Under the pieces are notes generated by a model. It was not told the origin of the DNA, did not search any database, and was given only the letters and a program-made list of their open reading frames with translations. 50,557 bases of DNA. It comes from a virus. Lineage: Duplodnaviria; Caudoviricetes. The position numbers and the translations under genes were made by a program. The stretch lies in the IMG/VR virus record IMGVR_UViG_3300020477_000041, positions 1 through 50,557 of that record; one strand, 5' to 3'. Of this stretch, positions 10,401-19,057 are shown piece after piece. Positions within the stretch are counted from its first letter, which is position 1, and every line of letters starts with the position of its first letter.

Positions 10401-12341
10401 TTTGATCAAAAAGCTATAGATTCTATGTTAAAATTTTTAATTTCACGTAAGATTGATGAAACAGCTTTAGCTCAATCATTTATTCCTCAATCAATGCCTA
10501 TAGATACATTAATAAAACTTAAAAGGAAAAAAACAAATGAAGCTCATATAGTTTCAAATGTAGAAAAAATGGATCAAAATCAATACAATCAACTAGAACA
10601 ATTAAAAAAAGAAATAAACTTATTAGACAAAGCTATAACTGACTCTATTGAAGGTATTAAAGACCCAGAATTAGCAGGAACAGTAAAAGATGCTTTAGGT
10701 AAATTAAATAAAGCTAATGATTTTTACGCTAATAATGCCAATCATTTTTATGGTGGAAAAGCTACTGTTTTAGGTAGAGAAATTAATACTTTTAATTCTC
10801 CTTTACATAGAGCATGGCGTTCTCTTAGTCCTTCAGTTAAAAGTGATACTAATCCTGCTACATTTATAAAATTTTTCGTAAATTCTACAAATCCAGAATT
10901 AGCCAAACATCAATTTGATATGTTAGCTAGTATTCCTAAAAAAGTAGGTGATAATAGACCAGATGATGTTGTTAGTTATAATCCAGAAATAGTTAGCGAC
11001 ATGATAAAATCTTTAGGACGAATAGATGAAGCAACTGATATAAGCATGTTTACAAAATGGTTTGATGAAATAGTAGAAAATACTGAAGGTATAGATGATG
11101 TAAAAAAACATTATTCAAACTGGAAAAATTATAATAATGATAAATTTAAATTAGCTACAGATAATCCTGCTCGTATTATTGATAAGACCGATGAAGCAGA
11201 AGTAAGACTTACTTTAGATTATATAAATAAACTTGAAGAATCTTTTATAGAAATATATGATGTAGGTGGATTAGGACAATTAGGAAAAATTAGAAATGAA
11301 GATGAACTAGCAAAAGCAATTTTAGAAAAACATATTATACCATCACAAAGTGTTGAACAAGTAAAAGCAAAACTTCCTTCAGGATATGCTGAAAAACTTT
11401 TTACTGAAACAAATAGATCAGTTTCAAGAGAGCTTACTGATGCCGTTGAAAAAGCAGCACAGTTTGCATCTTCAGATTATAAAATATCACGATTAGACCT
11501 TCTTTTAATAACTTTACAAGAAGGAAGAGCTGCTAAAAGAATAAGTGAAGAAAAATATACAAAAACTATAGATTTTTTACAAAGAGCAGTAGCTACTAGA
11601 TTGTATAATAATGCTCTTAGAAAAACAACTACAAAAAGATTACAAGTTAAAGCTGATGAATTAAATCAACATAGACGAGACTATCTTAATAAAGACAAAG
11701 CAGCAGAGGATGGCTATGTTAGAAAGTATGAAGATACTGCTGATATGGAAAAATGGTTAAGAAAAACACGTAATTTTACTGATCAAGATTTTACAAATAG
11801 AGTAGATTTAAGCGATGCTTTTGATACAACATTTTATAGTTCTTTTTTAACAGAAAATAAACAAGCTTTAAATATGTTATTTGAAAGTAAACCTGAAAAT
11901 CTAAAATTTATAGAAGATATTTTTCAAGTTTCTTTAGCTCTTGATCCTGTTTCAGGTCAAGCTATGGTATCAGCATTAGCAGGAGGAAGATATACTGAAC
12001 AAATGGCTGCTGGTAGGTTATACAACGCAATGAAAGGAGTTGTGTCCTATAGATACCTTTTAATGGAAGCTGGTTTTATGAAAGCTGCTGCTATACAACA
12101 AGGTATGGTTGCTGATATTTTAGCTGATCCTAATTTAGCAGAATCAGTTCATAAAATGTTTCATCTTGGTATTTTTGAAGATAAAACTTTTGACATAATT
12201 TGGATACATATTTTAGGTAGATTAGGTAGAATGGGTTTAACTCACACTGTATTAGATTATGATGAAGTTAAAGAAGAATTTGAAAAACAATCTGAACAAG
12301 CAGCAGAATTTAATGACATTGTGCGACTTACCAGTATATAA
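7416..12341 (+). CDS. Very large putative ejection protein (~1640 aa)
   Basis: ORF 7374..12341; likely start ATG7416 after GAGGAG; G/A-rich hydrophobic segments in the first third; position of a T7 gp16-like gene. Confidence 0.55.
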   Translation: MVEKVDPVLGLRDSSQIQRWEEAIRNPKGFIASQAPFDSSESVPEVKEEEEKPNVPPSMVKVTETRTGERRVIPPRALSPETPPEERRGWSQPTYYSEGVSPQQALFTPISTGDYDLFGNAQDRDVQGKQVRPDVKLLDVPYQPLQAGALGVKMGFEFPFDIATKWIWQTLYTGVGAYEELMNAPLNLFKYYTDTPLSPRESKSLEKIANRWDQYNKETIPMLIESYGKKGFLSPIKLLSDVSNVPVHKRHASFTPLSFGLSGALPFGGVWATSHKAKKFLDGVFRGAAVYSQLRKPVVASGLGLRTGDDIFPFGAASSEARLNMLTAARLAFEEARQFRPKLPGVEQITTYSQLAQNNKFVINPDLEKALNARSAINLILQKRKYIPGYTYEQARKMSTRNYNNAWLGLGMGAGHAIASQFTDNEMTQMLFGMMAGIPIGKGKIRTDKEDGKYGTSLGRHGVKARKANIALRTLRGASTISGQLGLLALSKAVPVKFWQTLKGDPEEFLKILTRKDHNPVAKTLIAMNFGFSLPQIAKTTRESMKTTRYAVRKHRILEGEVKKAEVEIENINKSIRDTGKAGTDVHKKLISQANAKLETAQKEFKHFKNEKIKQKVLKLNKEGEIEGNPLHLVDDLLMAPSGKMEAVTAMVNAMKTTSKDFEETLGLTLKSLSDISKHTGLDMDGISLTIGQAANAIVFSQYIESSLNAVRVSLMDNGFRLDKTLLGLLDNEIAAHQENLAKSVEALGKSLDTITLSGKDIPKEVNDFIQTLNGIKKYYGENLQTIFESNRKRMMGISDETMKAQLYRSSKKYEEESQDWFNSSTLDDIRIINDSIFDNNFKTFKKDADKLYGDATYALNNFKDVNGNKYAFSVSFNPVSVFRKSNLLDNDQRQIFKSLFEGQVLKEYGSINIKPVNLAQEMRLNAILDGKLENATNVPHFRRVKQKILDPYVDELVEIERKKIEGAGGQFNEKKYREETFDFFPNKDSSGKGIFDQKAIDSMLKFLISRKIDETALAQSFIPQSMPIDTLIKLKRKKTNEAHIVSNVEKMDQNQYNQLEQLKKEINLLDKAITDSIEGIKDPELAGTVKDALGKLNKANDFYANNANHFYGGKATVLGREINTFNSPLHRAWRSLSPSVKSDTNPATFIKFFVNSTNPELAKHQFDMLASIPKKVGDNRPDDVVSYNPEIVSDMIKSLGRIDEATDISMFTKWFDEIVENTEGIDDVKKHYSNWKNYNNDKFKLATDNPARIIDKTDEAEVRLTLDYINKLEESFIEIYDVGGLGQLGKIRNEDELAKAILEKHIIPSQSVEQVKAKLPSGYAEKLFTETNRSVSRELTDAVEKAAQFASSDYKISRLDLLLITLQEGRAAKRISEEKYTKTIDFLQRAVATRLYNNALRKTTTKRLQVKADELNQHRRDYLNKDKAAEDGYVRKYEDTADMEKWLRKTRNFTDQDFTNRVDLSDAFDTTFYSSFLTENKQALNMLFESKPENLKFIEDIFQVSLALDPVSGQAMVSALAGGRYTEQMAAGRLYNAMKGVVSYRYLLMEAGFMKAAAIQQGMVADILADPNLAESVHKMFHLGIFEDKTFDIIWIHILGRLGRMGLTHTVLDYDEVKEEFEKQSEQAAEFNDIVRLTSI

Positions 12342-12598
12342 TGAACTTCATAACAGAGCATTGGGATCAACTAATATTTATAGGACTGTTGATCGTTTGG
12401 GCTACTCGCTCAAGAGAACAAGTATCTAGTCTTTTAAAAGATACAGAGATACTTCAAAACAATGTAGAAAGAATATCAACACAAAACAATACACAACAAC
12501 AAACACTGGTGCAGTTACGTGCTGAACAAGACGTTACAAACAAGCAGATAACGGCACTGTGGGACTTTGTAAACAAAATAAAAGATAAGGTAGGTTAA
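12341..12598 (+). CDS. Membrane-anchored coiled-coil protein (lysis module)
   Basis: N-terminal TM (LIFIGLLIVWA) plus heptad repeats. Confidence 0.5.
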   Translation: MNFITEHWDQLIFIGLLIVWATRSREQVSSLLKDTEILQNNVERISTQNNTQQQTLVQLRAEQDVTNKQITALWDFVNKIKDKVG

Positions 12599-12600
12599 TT

Positions 12601-12888
12601 ATGAATCCACCAAAAGGCATGTACAATGTCGATCTTAATAACGACGGTGTTGTAACAGAAGAAGAACTACGTGCAGCATCCGATGCTGAAAAGATGGAAG
12701 CACAGAAGTCTATGGCGTGGATAGCTATCATATCCATGCTTGTGTTTACTGCGTTAGTCTTCTTACCAATCTTCCCTGACTCAAGAATTAAAGCTTTAGC
12801 AGACCTGTTCTCTTTGTTTTACATAGGCATGGCGGGTGTTGTAGGAGCGTATATGGGCGCATCTGTTATGATGAGTAAAAAGAAGTGA
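12601..12888 (+). CDS. Two-TM holin-like protein with N-terminal EF-hand loop
   Basis: DLNNDGVVTEEE loop followed by two hydrophobic helices and a KKK tail. Confidence 0.55.
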   Translation: MNPPKGMYNVDLNNDGVVTEEELRAASDAEKMEAQKSMAWIAIISMLVFTALVFLPIFPDSRIKALADLFSLFYIGMAGVVGAYMGASVMMSKKK

Positions 12889-13358
12889 TCAGTCTTCTAG
12901 GCACTCTTCTAGGCTTTGGTACGTCCATTGTACCTGAAGTCTTAGGATATTTCAAGCAAAAGCAAGCTAACGAACAAGAGCTTAATATGCTTGAAGCTAA
13001 AGCCAAGTACGCTTCGCAACTATCAGAACTAAAGCTTAAAGAGCTTGACGCAGAAGCAGACATTCAAGAAACAAAGAGTATATATGAACATGATAGAACT
13101 ATCGACTCTGGAGCTTTTATCAACTCTCTCAGGGGTTCTGTGCGCCCTGTCATTACTTATCTGTTCTTTATGATGTTTATTTGTGTTAAAGGTGTACTCA
13201 TGTACGCTTTAATCGCGAATCAAAATCTTGATTGGACAGTAGCAATTGAAATGGCGTGGGACTCTGAAACCCAAGCTATATTTTCTGCGATTATAGCGTT
13301 TTGGTTTGGCAACAGAGCTATGTCTAAAGCAAGGAAATACATCGCCTCTAAAGAATAA
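12885..13358 (+). CDS. Holin-like protein (GTA 3-TM holin type)
   Basis: SVRPVITYLFF and IIAFWFGNRAM motifs; TM helices. Confidence 0.65.
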   Translation: MISLLGTLLGFGTSIVPEVLGYFKQKQANEQELNMLEAKAKYASQLSELKLKELDAEADIQETKSIYEHDRTIDSGAFINSLRGSVRPVITYLFFMMFICVKGVLMYALIANQNLDWTVAIEMAWDSETQAIFSAIIAFWFGNRAMSKARKYIASKE

Positions 13359-13382
13359 GAAATAAGAACCTAACATGTTTTT

Positions 13383-13419
13383 AAAGCTGCGCTTTGTTTT
13401 TTAAGTGCAGCTTTTTTTT
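13383..13419. terminator. Terminator hairpin between convergent modules
   Basis: AAAGCTGCGCTT-loop-AAGTGCAGCTTT plus T-run, at the junction of + and - strand genes. Confidence 0.75.
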
Positions 13420-13552
13420 ATTTGTAATCATATTGAGACTGATCTAATCGTTCTATAGCTTTTTCTTTAGCTTCTTTTTCAGATAATCCTTCTTCCATAA
13501 ATTGCTCCATTAAAGTTTCAAGGTAATTCTGTACACGCCAATCTAAACTCAT
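13418..13552 (-). CDS. 44-aa hypothetical protein (not in ORF track)
   Basis: MSLDWRVQNYLETLMEQFMEEGLSEKEAKEKAIERLDQSQYDYK; fills the gap between the HNH gene and the terminator. Confidence 0.55.
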   Translation of the reverse strand: MSLDWRVQNYLETLMEQFMEEGLSEKEAKEKAIERLDQSQYDYK

Positions 13553-13553
13553 T

Positions 13554-13958
13554 TTACAAATGTTCCCATATATCATTTATAGAAGGATTTACATCTCTTA
13601 CAAGACCGCAATTATCTATTTTTAATTTAATATTGTTTTTACGTCTATTGTTAAAAACAATCTTTTCCTTTAATCTACCCTCCATTTCTTCTAGTTCTTC
13701 TTCATCCCAATCAGGTAAAGAAAGTAACTTTTTATATTTTTTATTATATTTAAGTATTAAATATGCTGCCTTTTCACTTATTGTATCAAATAATTTATTA
13801 CCTAACATTGTATTACATTCACTACAGCAAGGAACAACTTTATCTTTAGAATATGTTCTTTTATTGTGTACATGATCATATGAATGAGGAATAACATGAT
13901 CTAAAGTATTTGCATACACACTTCCACAATAAGTACAAGGATATATTCGTCTAACCAT
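13554..13958 (-). CDS. HNH endonuclease (zinc-binding McrA-like)
   Basis: CTYCG ... TLDHVIP ... VPCCSECN. Confidence 0.8.
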   Translation of the reverse strand: MVRRIYPCTYCGSVYANTLDHVIPHSYDHVHNKRTYSKDKVVPCCSECNTMLGNKLFDTISEKAAYLILKYNKKYKKLLSLPDWDEEELEEMEGRLKEKIVFNNRRKNNIKLKIDNCGLVRDVNPSINDIWEHL

Positions 13959-13968
13959 TTATTTCTCC

Positions 13969-14148
13969 TTATTTTTCTTCCGTTGATAACTCTCCTGTAC
14001 TTTGTAAACTATGAACCATCTTACCATGATCAATTAACAAGTTTATCAAAGCCTCTTTAGGCACTGAAACTGTTTTGGTGTTCTCTCTTGCTTTATTAAC
14101 AACAACGTGCAAAAGATGAAACTGATCATCTGTTGTACTTAACTTCAT
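13969..14148 (-). CDS. 59-aa hypothetical protein (not in ORF track)
   Basis: MKLSTTDDQFHLLHVVVNKARENTKTVSVPKEALINLLIDHGKMVHSLQSTGELSTEEK; SD AAGGA; tightly packed between neighbours. Confidence 0.6.
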   Translation of the reverse strand: MKLSTTDDQFHLLHVVVNKARENTKTVSVPKEALINLLIDHGKMVHSLQSTGELSTEEK

Positions 14149-14150
14149 TT

Positions 14151-14828
14151 TTATTTTCCTTTCTCAGAAAATATTTTTTTAAGCAAACGCCTAGACTTAG
14201 TATTTTTTGCGTATTTTAATATAGCATCACTAACTGCTTTCATTCTCATTTTTATGTGCAGTGGAGTTGTAGAATCTTTGTATTCTGAATTATTTAGAAA
14301 CTCTTTAGCTGATTTTTCGTACAACCCTTTATTGAACAATTCAGTAGCTTTAAGATTAAAACCTAAATCTCCACGATAGGCAGCTTGAACAAGTTCCTTT
14401 TTAAGATACAAAGGTAACACATCATAAGATGGTATTACGTTTTTGGTTATAAATATGAAATTATCTATAGTGTATTTAAAAGTTTTATTTCTATACTTTC
14501 CTGTTTGACCAACTCCTACTGTAGGAGTACCTTTTGTATCTTGATAAGGTGAAGAAAACCCTTCCAACCTAACGACATGTTTTTCTATTTCGTTAAGTTT
14601 TCTGTTTTCTATTTTTTCTACGTGTTTAATTGCTTCATCTCCGTACAACAAAACAGTATCTTTCTTTAGTTGTTTTACTTCTTTTTCAAGTTTGTTCATT
14701 CTATGAAAACTTACAACATCTAACATAGATTTAGCTACTACAAGATGTACACAACCATTAAACATGATACAAACTATTACACAAAATAATATTTTACTAA
14801 AACATGTTCTTTTGTTCATATCTTTCAC
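14151..14828 (-). CDS. Lysozyme (T4-lysozyme/GH24-like) with N-terminal lipoprotein-like signal
   Basis: E-x7-D-x5-T in EGFSSPYQDTKGTPTVGVG; SAKEFLNNSEY; N-terminal hydrophobic stretch ending FNGC. Confidence 0.75.
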   Translation of the reverse strand: MKDMNKRTCFSKILFCVIVCIMFNGCVHLVVAKSMLDVVSFHRMNKLEKEVKQLKKDTVLLYGDEAIKHVEKIENRKLNEIEKHVVRLEGFSSPYQDTKGTPTVGVGQTGKYRNKTFKYTIDNFIFITKNVIPSYDVLPLYLKKELVQAAYRGDLGFNLKATELFNKGLYEKSAKEFLNNSEYKDSTTPLHIKMRMKAVSDAILKYAKNTKSRRLLKKIFSEKGK

Positions 14829-14956
14829 TTACTATGTCGTGATATCTAACGTATCTATTATACAGTTTATTAGATACTTTACCTATTCTTTTTGATAAAC
14901 AAAAACAAATATTACCTGTTGTTCTGTAGAAGTATATTTTACATTTATTTATCATT
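14797..14956 (-). CDS. Small hypothetical protein (start uncertain)
   Basis: ORF 14797..15027; the distal part (MINKCKIYF...) fills the gap between neighbours. Confidence 0.35.
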
Positions 14957-15154
14957 GTCGTATTCTTTCCAAGAGTAATCTTTATTATCCTTTCCTTTAA
15001 ATGTTTTATAATCTTTATTAAACACATCTACATCAATAAATGATTTTATTGTTGTGTCTAATAGTAACCAAGCATCAGATTCAGTAACATCATTTCTAGA
15101 GCATAGCTGCATATGATCTATATAATCTCTGTATAGAGTACTCATTTGACCCAT
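14945..15154 (-). CDS. Hypothetical protein
   Basis: SD AAGGGA upstream; first gene of the leftward operon. Confidence 0.5.
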   Translation of the reverse strand: MGQMSTLYRDYIDHMQLCSRNDVTESDAWLLLDTTIKSFIDVDVFNKDYKTFKGKDNKDYSWKEYDNDK

Positions 15155-15172
15155 TTTTTATCCCTTTTGACC

Positions 15173-15224
15173 TTGACAGGAGCATTATAATCCTTTAGAT
15201 ACACTATACCGAAACCCATGTCAA
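15173..15224. promoter_or_regulatory. Symmetric bidirectional sigma70 promoter
   Basis: + strand TTGACA(15173-78)-17bp-TAGATA(15196-201); - strand TTGACA(15224-19)-17bp-TATCTA on the same hexamer; lies between divergent genes. Confidence 0.6.
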
Positions 15225-15242
15225 GGGGGTAAACGAAAGAAA

Positions 15243-15434
15243 ATGTCCTACCAGAGAAAACAAAACGACCGAAAGAAGGGGTCACGCAGAAGCGTCATGG
15301 CGCACAATCTTGAAGACCCATTGTACAGGAAACGTGTTGTAGAATCTAAGCGTAAAAAGAAAACATCTAAAAGATATCCATCTTCAAAATTATTGAAAAT
15401 GGTAGATGAAGATAATGACGAAATTTACGAATAA
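15243..15434 (+). CDS. Small basic hypothetical protein
   Basis: K/R-rich 63 aa (MAHNLEDPLYRKRVVESKRKK); first gene after the promoter. Confidence 0.55.
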   Translation: MSYQRKQNDRKKGSRRSVMAHNLEDPLYRKRVVESKRKKKTSKRYPSSKLLKMVDEDNDEIYE

Positions 15435-15554
15435 GAAAATGTATTGCATTATTTTGCAATACACTTGTGTTAAAAAGGTGTAAAAACATGTCAAAAACAG
15501 AGATTATAGTGTGTTTAATGGGTATTTTAATGATTATTGTATATCTCACCTCTC

Positions 15555-15578
15555 CCTTCCATTACTAGGACTTATTTT
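15555..15578 (+). repeat. 24-bp dispersed repeat, copy 1
   Basis: CCTTCCATTACTAGGACTTATTTT; 23/24 identical to 31988..32011. Confidence 0.9.
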
Positions 15579-15581
15579 GCT

Positions 15582-16091
15582 ATGATAGAAATCAACGTAT
15601 CTGAAAAAGTGCTTGACAAAGCGCAAAAGGCAGCAGACACTCTAGGAGTGCTTAACAACTCTATAGCTCAAGGCAGAGGCAACAAAGCTGGCTACGTAGG
15701 TGAATATTGTGTTATGAACTATCTTCTGAAGAATGATCGTGATGTTGTTGAAGATAATACTTATAATTATGATTTTTATATTAATACAAAAGATAACAAT
15801 AAATTAAAGATTGATGTAAAAACTAAAACAACAGGAGTAAGACCTTTAGACTATTACGAATGTTCTGTAGCAGAATACAACACTAAACAGAAATGTGATG
15901 TATATGTGTTTACTAGAATACTTTACAGTCTTAAAAAGATTTGGTTATTGGGCTGGCTACCTAAACAAGATTACTTTAACGAATCAACTTTCTTAAAGAA
16001 AGGAACAGTGGATGAAGATAACGGTTACAAAGTAAAAGCTTCTTGTTACAATCTAAAGATAGATAAACTTAATCTTATGGAAAACTTGTAA
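15582..16091 (+). CDS. PD-(D/E)XK-fold hypothetical nuclease
   Basis: GYVGE ... YDF ... IDVKT motif pattern; start ATG15582 after AGGA. Confidence 0.55.
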   Translation: MIEINVSEKVLDKAQKAADTLGVLNNSIAQGRGNKAGYVGEYCVMNYLLKNDRDVVEDNTYNYDFYINTKDNNKLKIDVKTKTTGVRPLDYYECSVAEYNTKQKCDVYVFTRILYSLKKIWLLGWLPKQDYFNESTFLKKGTVDEDNGYKVKASCYNLKIDKLNLMENL

Positions 16092-16753
16092 TGGAAGTAA
16101 CTTTAATAGACAGTATGGGTTCTGATCTTACAGTAGTTAATGCTGCAAGAGTTTCTTTTAACAAAGAATCAGAATGGGAAATCATAACACCCGCTGGTCC
16201 TGTAGAAAACGTCTTGACAGAAAAGGACGAACGGCTTATAAACTACCTTGCCAAGCACAATCACTGGACGCCATTCGGGCATTGCTTTCTTCAGTTTCGT
16301 ATCAAAGCGCCCATATTTGTAGCTAGACAGTTGGTTAAACATCAAGTAGGATTGGTCTGGAATGAAGTGTCAAGACGATATGTTGACGATAAGCCAGAGT
16401 TTTTTATTCCTGACGTTTGGCGTAAACGGGCTGAAGACAAAAAGCAAGGTTCATCAAAAGATGGTTCTATCTACTACAATACAGCGCCTTTAATGAAATT
16501 TGTTACTGAATGTTATTCTAATATGATTGATTTAGGAATTGCGCCAGAGATGGCAAGAATGATTTTACCACAAAACATGTACACAGAATGGTACTGGAGT
16601 GGTAGTTTAGTTGCTTTTGCTAGAGTGTGTTCTTTAAGGACAAAAGATGACGCACAAAAAGAAACTAGATATATAGCAAACAGTATTAGAATAGAATGTA
16701 ACAACCTTTACCCTGTATCGTGGAAGGCACTTGATGAACATCTTTTATCTTGA
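16091..16753 (+). CDS. thyX: FAD-dependent thymidylate synthase
   Basis: VNAARVSF, HWTPF, ARQLVKHQVGLVWNEVSRRY, PEMARMILP. Confidence 0.95.
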   Translation: MEVTLIDSMGSDLTVVNAARVSFNKESEWEIITPAGPVENVLTEKDERLINYLAKHNHWTPFGHCFLQFRIKAPIFVARQLVKHQVGLVWNEVSRRYVDDKPEFFIPDVWRKRAEDKKQGSSKDGSIYYNTAPLMKFVTECYSNMIDLGIAPEMARMILPQNMYTEWYWSGSLVAFARVCSLRTKDDAQKETRYIANSIRIECNNLYPVSWKALDEHLLS

Positions 16754-17279
16754 CGAAGACCCTATACTTGCAGCGCAGATGCACTGTGACAAACACGTAG
16801 TTAAAATGATCCTTGAATCTGCACAACTTCTTTCAACAGCGCATCGCTTGATAGACGGTGACGAGCTTGCTGATGAACGAGGTCTGTACAAAGCTACTCA
16901 CAAGAACCATCCCTCTTCCAAGTGGGTTCGCGATTCTTCTGAGAATTATGAGTGGTTGTGGAATCTTTACGATCAGCTTCTTAAAGAATACACTTATCGC
17001 TACGATAAAAACCACAAATCAGGTAGACTGTTACATGATTTATGGATGTTTCCGATGAACATACAACACAACGATTTTACGCCACCACCACAATGTATGC
17101 CTGACTACTGCAAAGGCTCTGACACTGTTGAAGCGTATCGTACTTACTACGTTGTTGAGAAATGTGACTTTGCTACTTGGAAAAAGCGTAACAAACCTGA
17201 GTGGTTTAGAATAGAAGAAGTTAACAAAGATAAATCTTTTTGGCACGGGCTAGGGCTACCTGATGAAACACGTACTTGA
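16734..17279 (+). CDS. Pyrimidine-dimer DNA glycosylase-like protein (DenV/Pyr_excise family)
   Basis: MNIFYLD..P..AAQMHCDKHVVKMILESAQLLSTAH, YKATHKNHPS, PPQCMPD, AYRTYY. Confidence 0.8.
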   Translation: MNIFYLDEDPILAAQMHCDKHVVKMILESAQLLSTAHRLIDGDELADERGLYKATHKNHPSSKWVRDSSENYEWLWNLYDQLLKEYTYRYDKNHKSGRLLHDLWMFPMNIQHNDFTPPPQCMPDYCKGSDTVEAYRTYYVVEKCDFATWKKRNKPEWFRIEEVNKDKSFWHGLGLPDETRT

Positions 17280-18981
17280 TATTGAGACTGACCATCTTGA
17301 TGCTAAGAAAATTTGGGTTGTGTGTTCCAAAACAATAGGTAAAAACGAAGTACATGTACACAGAACAAAAGAAGAGTTTTTTTCTCACGGCTTTGATTTT
17401 GATAATGATGTGTTTATCGGACACAATGCTGTAGAGTTTGATTTTCCTGTTCTTAAACGTCTTTGGAATGTAGACATAAAGAAAGCTGAAGATACTTTAA
17501 TTATGTCTAGATTGTTTATACCTGACAGAGAAGGTGGTCACAGTCTTGAGTCTTGGGGTTGTAAACTAGGTATAAGTAAACTCAAGTTTATAGACTTTGA
17601 GAAACTATCAGAAAAGATGGTAGAATATTGTAAACGTGATGTTGAAATAACATACAAAATATATTCTATTCTTACTGAGGAAGGTGCGGACTTCTCGCAA
17701 CAAAGCATTGATCTTGAGCATGAGATTGCTGACATAATATCTAGACAATCTAAGTATGGTTTTTACTTGAACAAACCAAAGACTTTTGAGTTAATAAACA
17801 AGACTCAAAGTAAAGCCAATAGAATAGAGTGTAATATTACTAAGTACTTTCCTCCTAAAGTCAGAGTATTACGTAATGATTTACCTAAGTATACTAAAAA
17901 AGGTACTATGTCTAAGGTAGGTTTGAACGGTTTTGACTATAAGGATGTAGCTGGTCCATTTTGGAAGATAGAGTTTCAACCTTTTAACATTGCTTCACAC
18001 AAACAAATAGTTGAAAGAATGGATGAATCTGGTTGGAAGCCTATTGATTTAACTCCAAAAGGTTCACCGAAAGTAAACGAAACTAATCTTGCTACGTTAC
18101 CAGAATCAGCACCAGAATCAGTAAAGAAACTTTCTGAGTGGAAGATGCTTACTAACAGGTGGAAGACAGCGGAATCTTGGATAGATTCTTTAGGTGATGA
18201 CGGTAGAGTACACGGTAAGGTGTTTACTCTTGGTGCAGTTACAGGTCGTATGACACACAACAATCCTAATATGGCTAATGTAGTAGCTGTAGATAAACCT
18301 TACGGTAAAGAATCAAGGGATTGCTGGTCTTCTCCTAATGATAGCTTTCGTATTGTAGGTATGGACGCTCAAGGTTTAGAATTACGTATGCTTGCACACT
18401 ACATGAACGATGCTGATTACACAAAAGAAGTTCTTTCTGGTGATCCGCATAATGTTACAATGGAAGCGTTAAACATAAATGATCGTAAACTAGCGAAAAC
18501 ATTTTTCTACGCATTCATTTATGGTGCTTCACCTACTAAACTAGGAAGTATTTTAGGTGTTAGTCCAGTGCAAGGTAAGATACTAAAAGACCAGTTTCTT
18601 AGAAATGTACCAAGTTTAGGTGAACTTTTAAGCAAGGTAGAGGATGCAGCTTCACGAGGGTACATTCGCGGTCTGGACGGTCGAAGGCTGTACGTCAGAC
18701 ACGCTCACGCAGCCCTTAACACACTGTTACAGGGTGGTGGAAGTATTGTGTGTAAACAGTGGTCGGTCAACATGGACCGCAGCATACGTTCTGAGAAGCT
18801 GAAGGCTAATCTAGTGAATACGGTCCACGATGAATTGCAGTACGAAAGCCATATGGACGATGCAGAACGATTAGTTGAACTTTCTAGCTTGACAATCAAA
18901 GAAGCAGGACGTATGCTCAAGCTAAGGTTACCAATGGATGCTGAAGCGAAGATTGGAATGTCTTGGGCAGATACACATTAA
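17263..18981 (+). CDS. polA: Family A DNA polymerase (T7 gp5-like) with 3'-5' exonuclease
   Basis: Exo I DIET; motif A DAQGLELR; motif B RKLAKTFFYAFIYGA (Tyr at the 762-equivalent); motif C VHDE. Confidence 0.95.
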   Translation: MKHVLDIETDHLDAKKIWVVCSKTIGKNEVHVHRTKEEFFSHGFDFDNDVFIGHNAVEFDFPVLKRLWNVDIKKAEDTLIMSRLFIPDREGGHSLESWGCKLGISKLKFIDFEKLSEKMVEYCKRDVEITYKIYSILTEEGADFSQQSIDLEHEIADIISRQSKYGFYLNKPKTFELINKTQSKANRIECNITKYFPPKVRVLRNDLPKYTKKGTMSKVGLNGFDYKDVAGPFWKIEFQPFNIASHKQIVERMDESGWKPIDLTPKGSPKVNETNLATLPESAPESVKKLSEWKMLTNRWKTAESWIDSLGDDGRVHGKVFTLGAVTGRMTHNNPNMANVVAVDKPYGKESRDCWSSPNDSFRIVGMDAQGLELRMLAHYMNDADYTKEVLSGDPHNVTMEALNINDRKLAKTFFYAFIYGASPTKLGSILGVSPVQGKILKDQFLRNVPSLGELLSKVEDAASRGYIRGLDGRRLYVRHAHAALNTLLQGGGSIVCKQWSVNMDRSIRSEKLKANLVNTVHDELQYESHMDDAERLVELSSLTIKEAGRMLKLRLPMDAEAKIGMSWADTH

Positions 18982-18995
18982 ATGTAAAAAAAGAC

Positions 18996-19024
18996 TTGAC
19001 AAGACCCGTTTCAGCGTGTATAAT
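18996..19024 (+). promoter_or_regulatory. Perfect sigma70 promoter upstream of ssb
   Basis: TTGACA-17bp-TATAAT with extended -10 TG. Confidence 0.85.
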
Positions 19025-19057
19025 ATTAGAACATTTTACCCTTTAAGGAGAACAAGT

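Noticed and set aside
4223-12341. Virion-encapsidated RNA polymerase among the giant ORFs
   Set aside because: No DxDGD or single-subunit RNAP motifs recognised; a structure search is needed to exclude it fully.
18938-19057. N-terminal extensions in the ORF track (also 15537, 26381, 27206, 43596)
   Set aside because: They overlap promoters, RNA structures or upstream genes; downstream starts have clear SD sequences.
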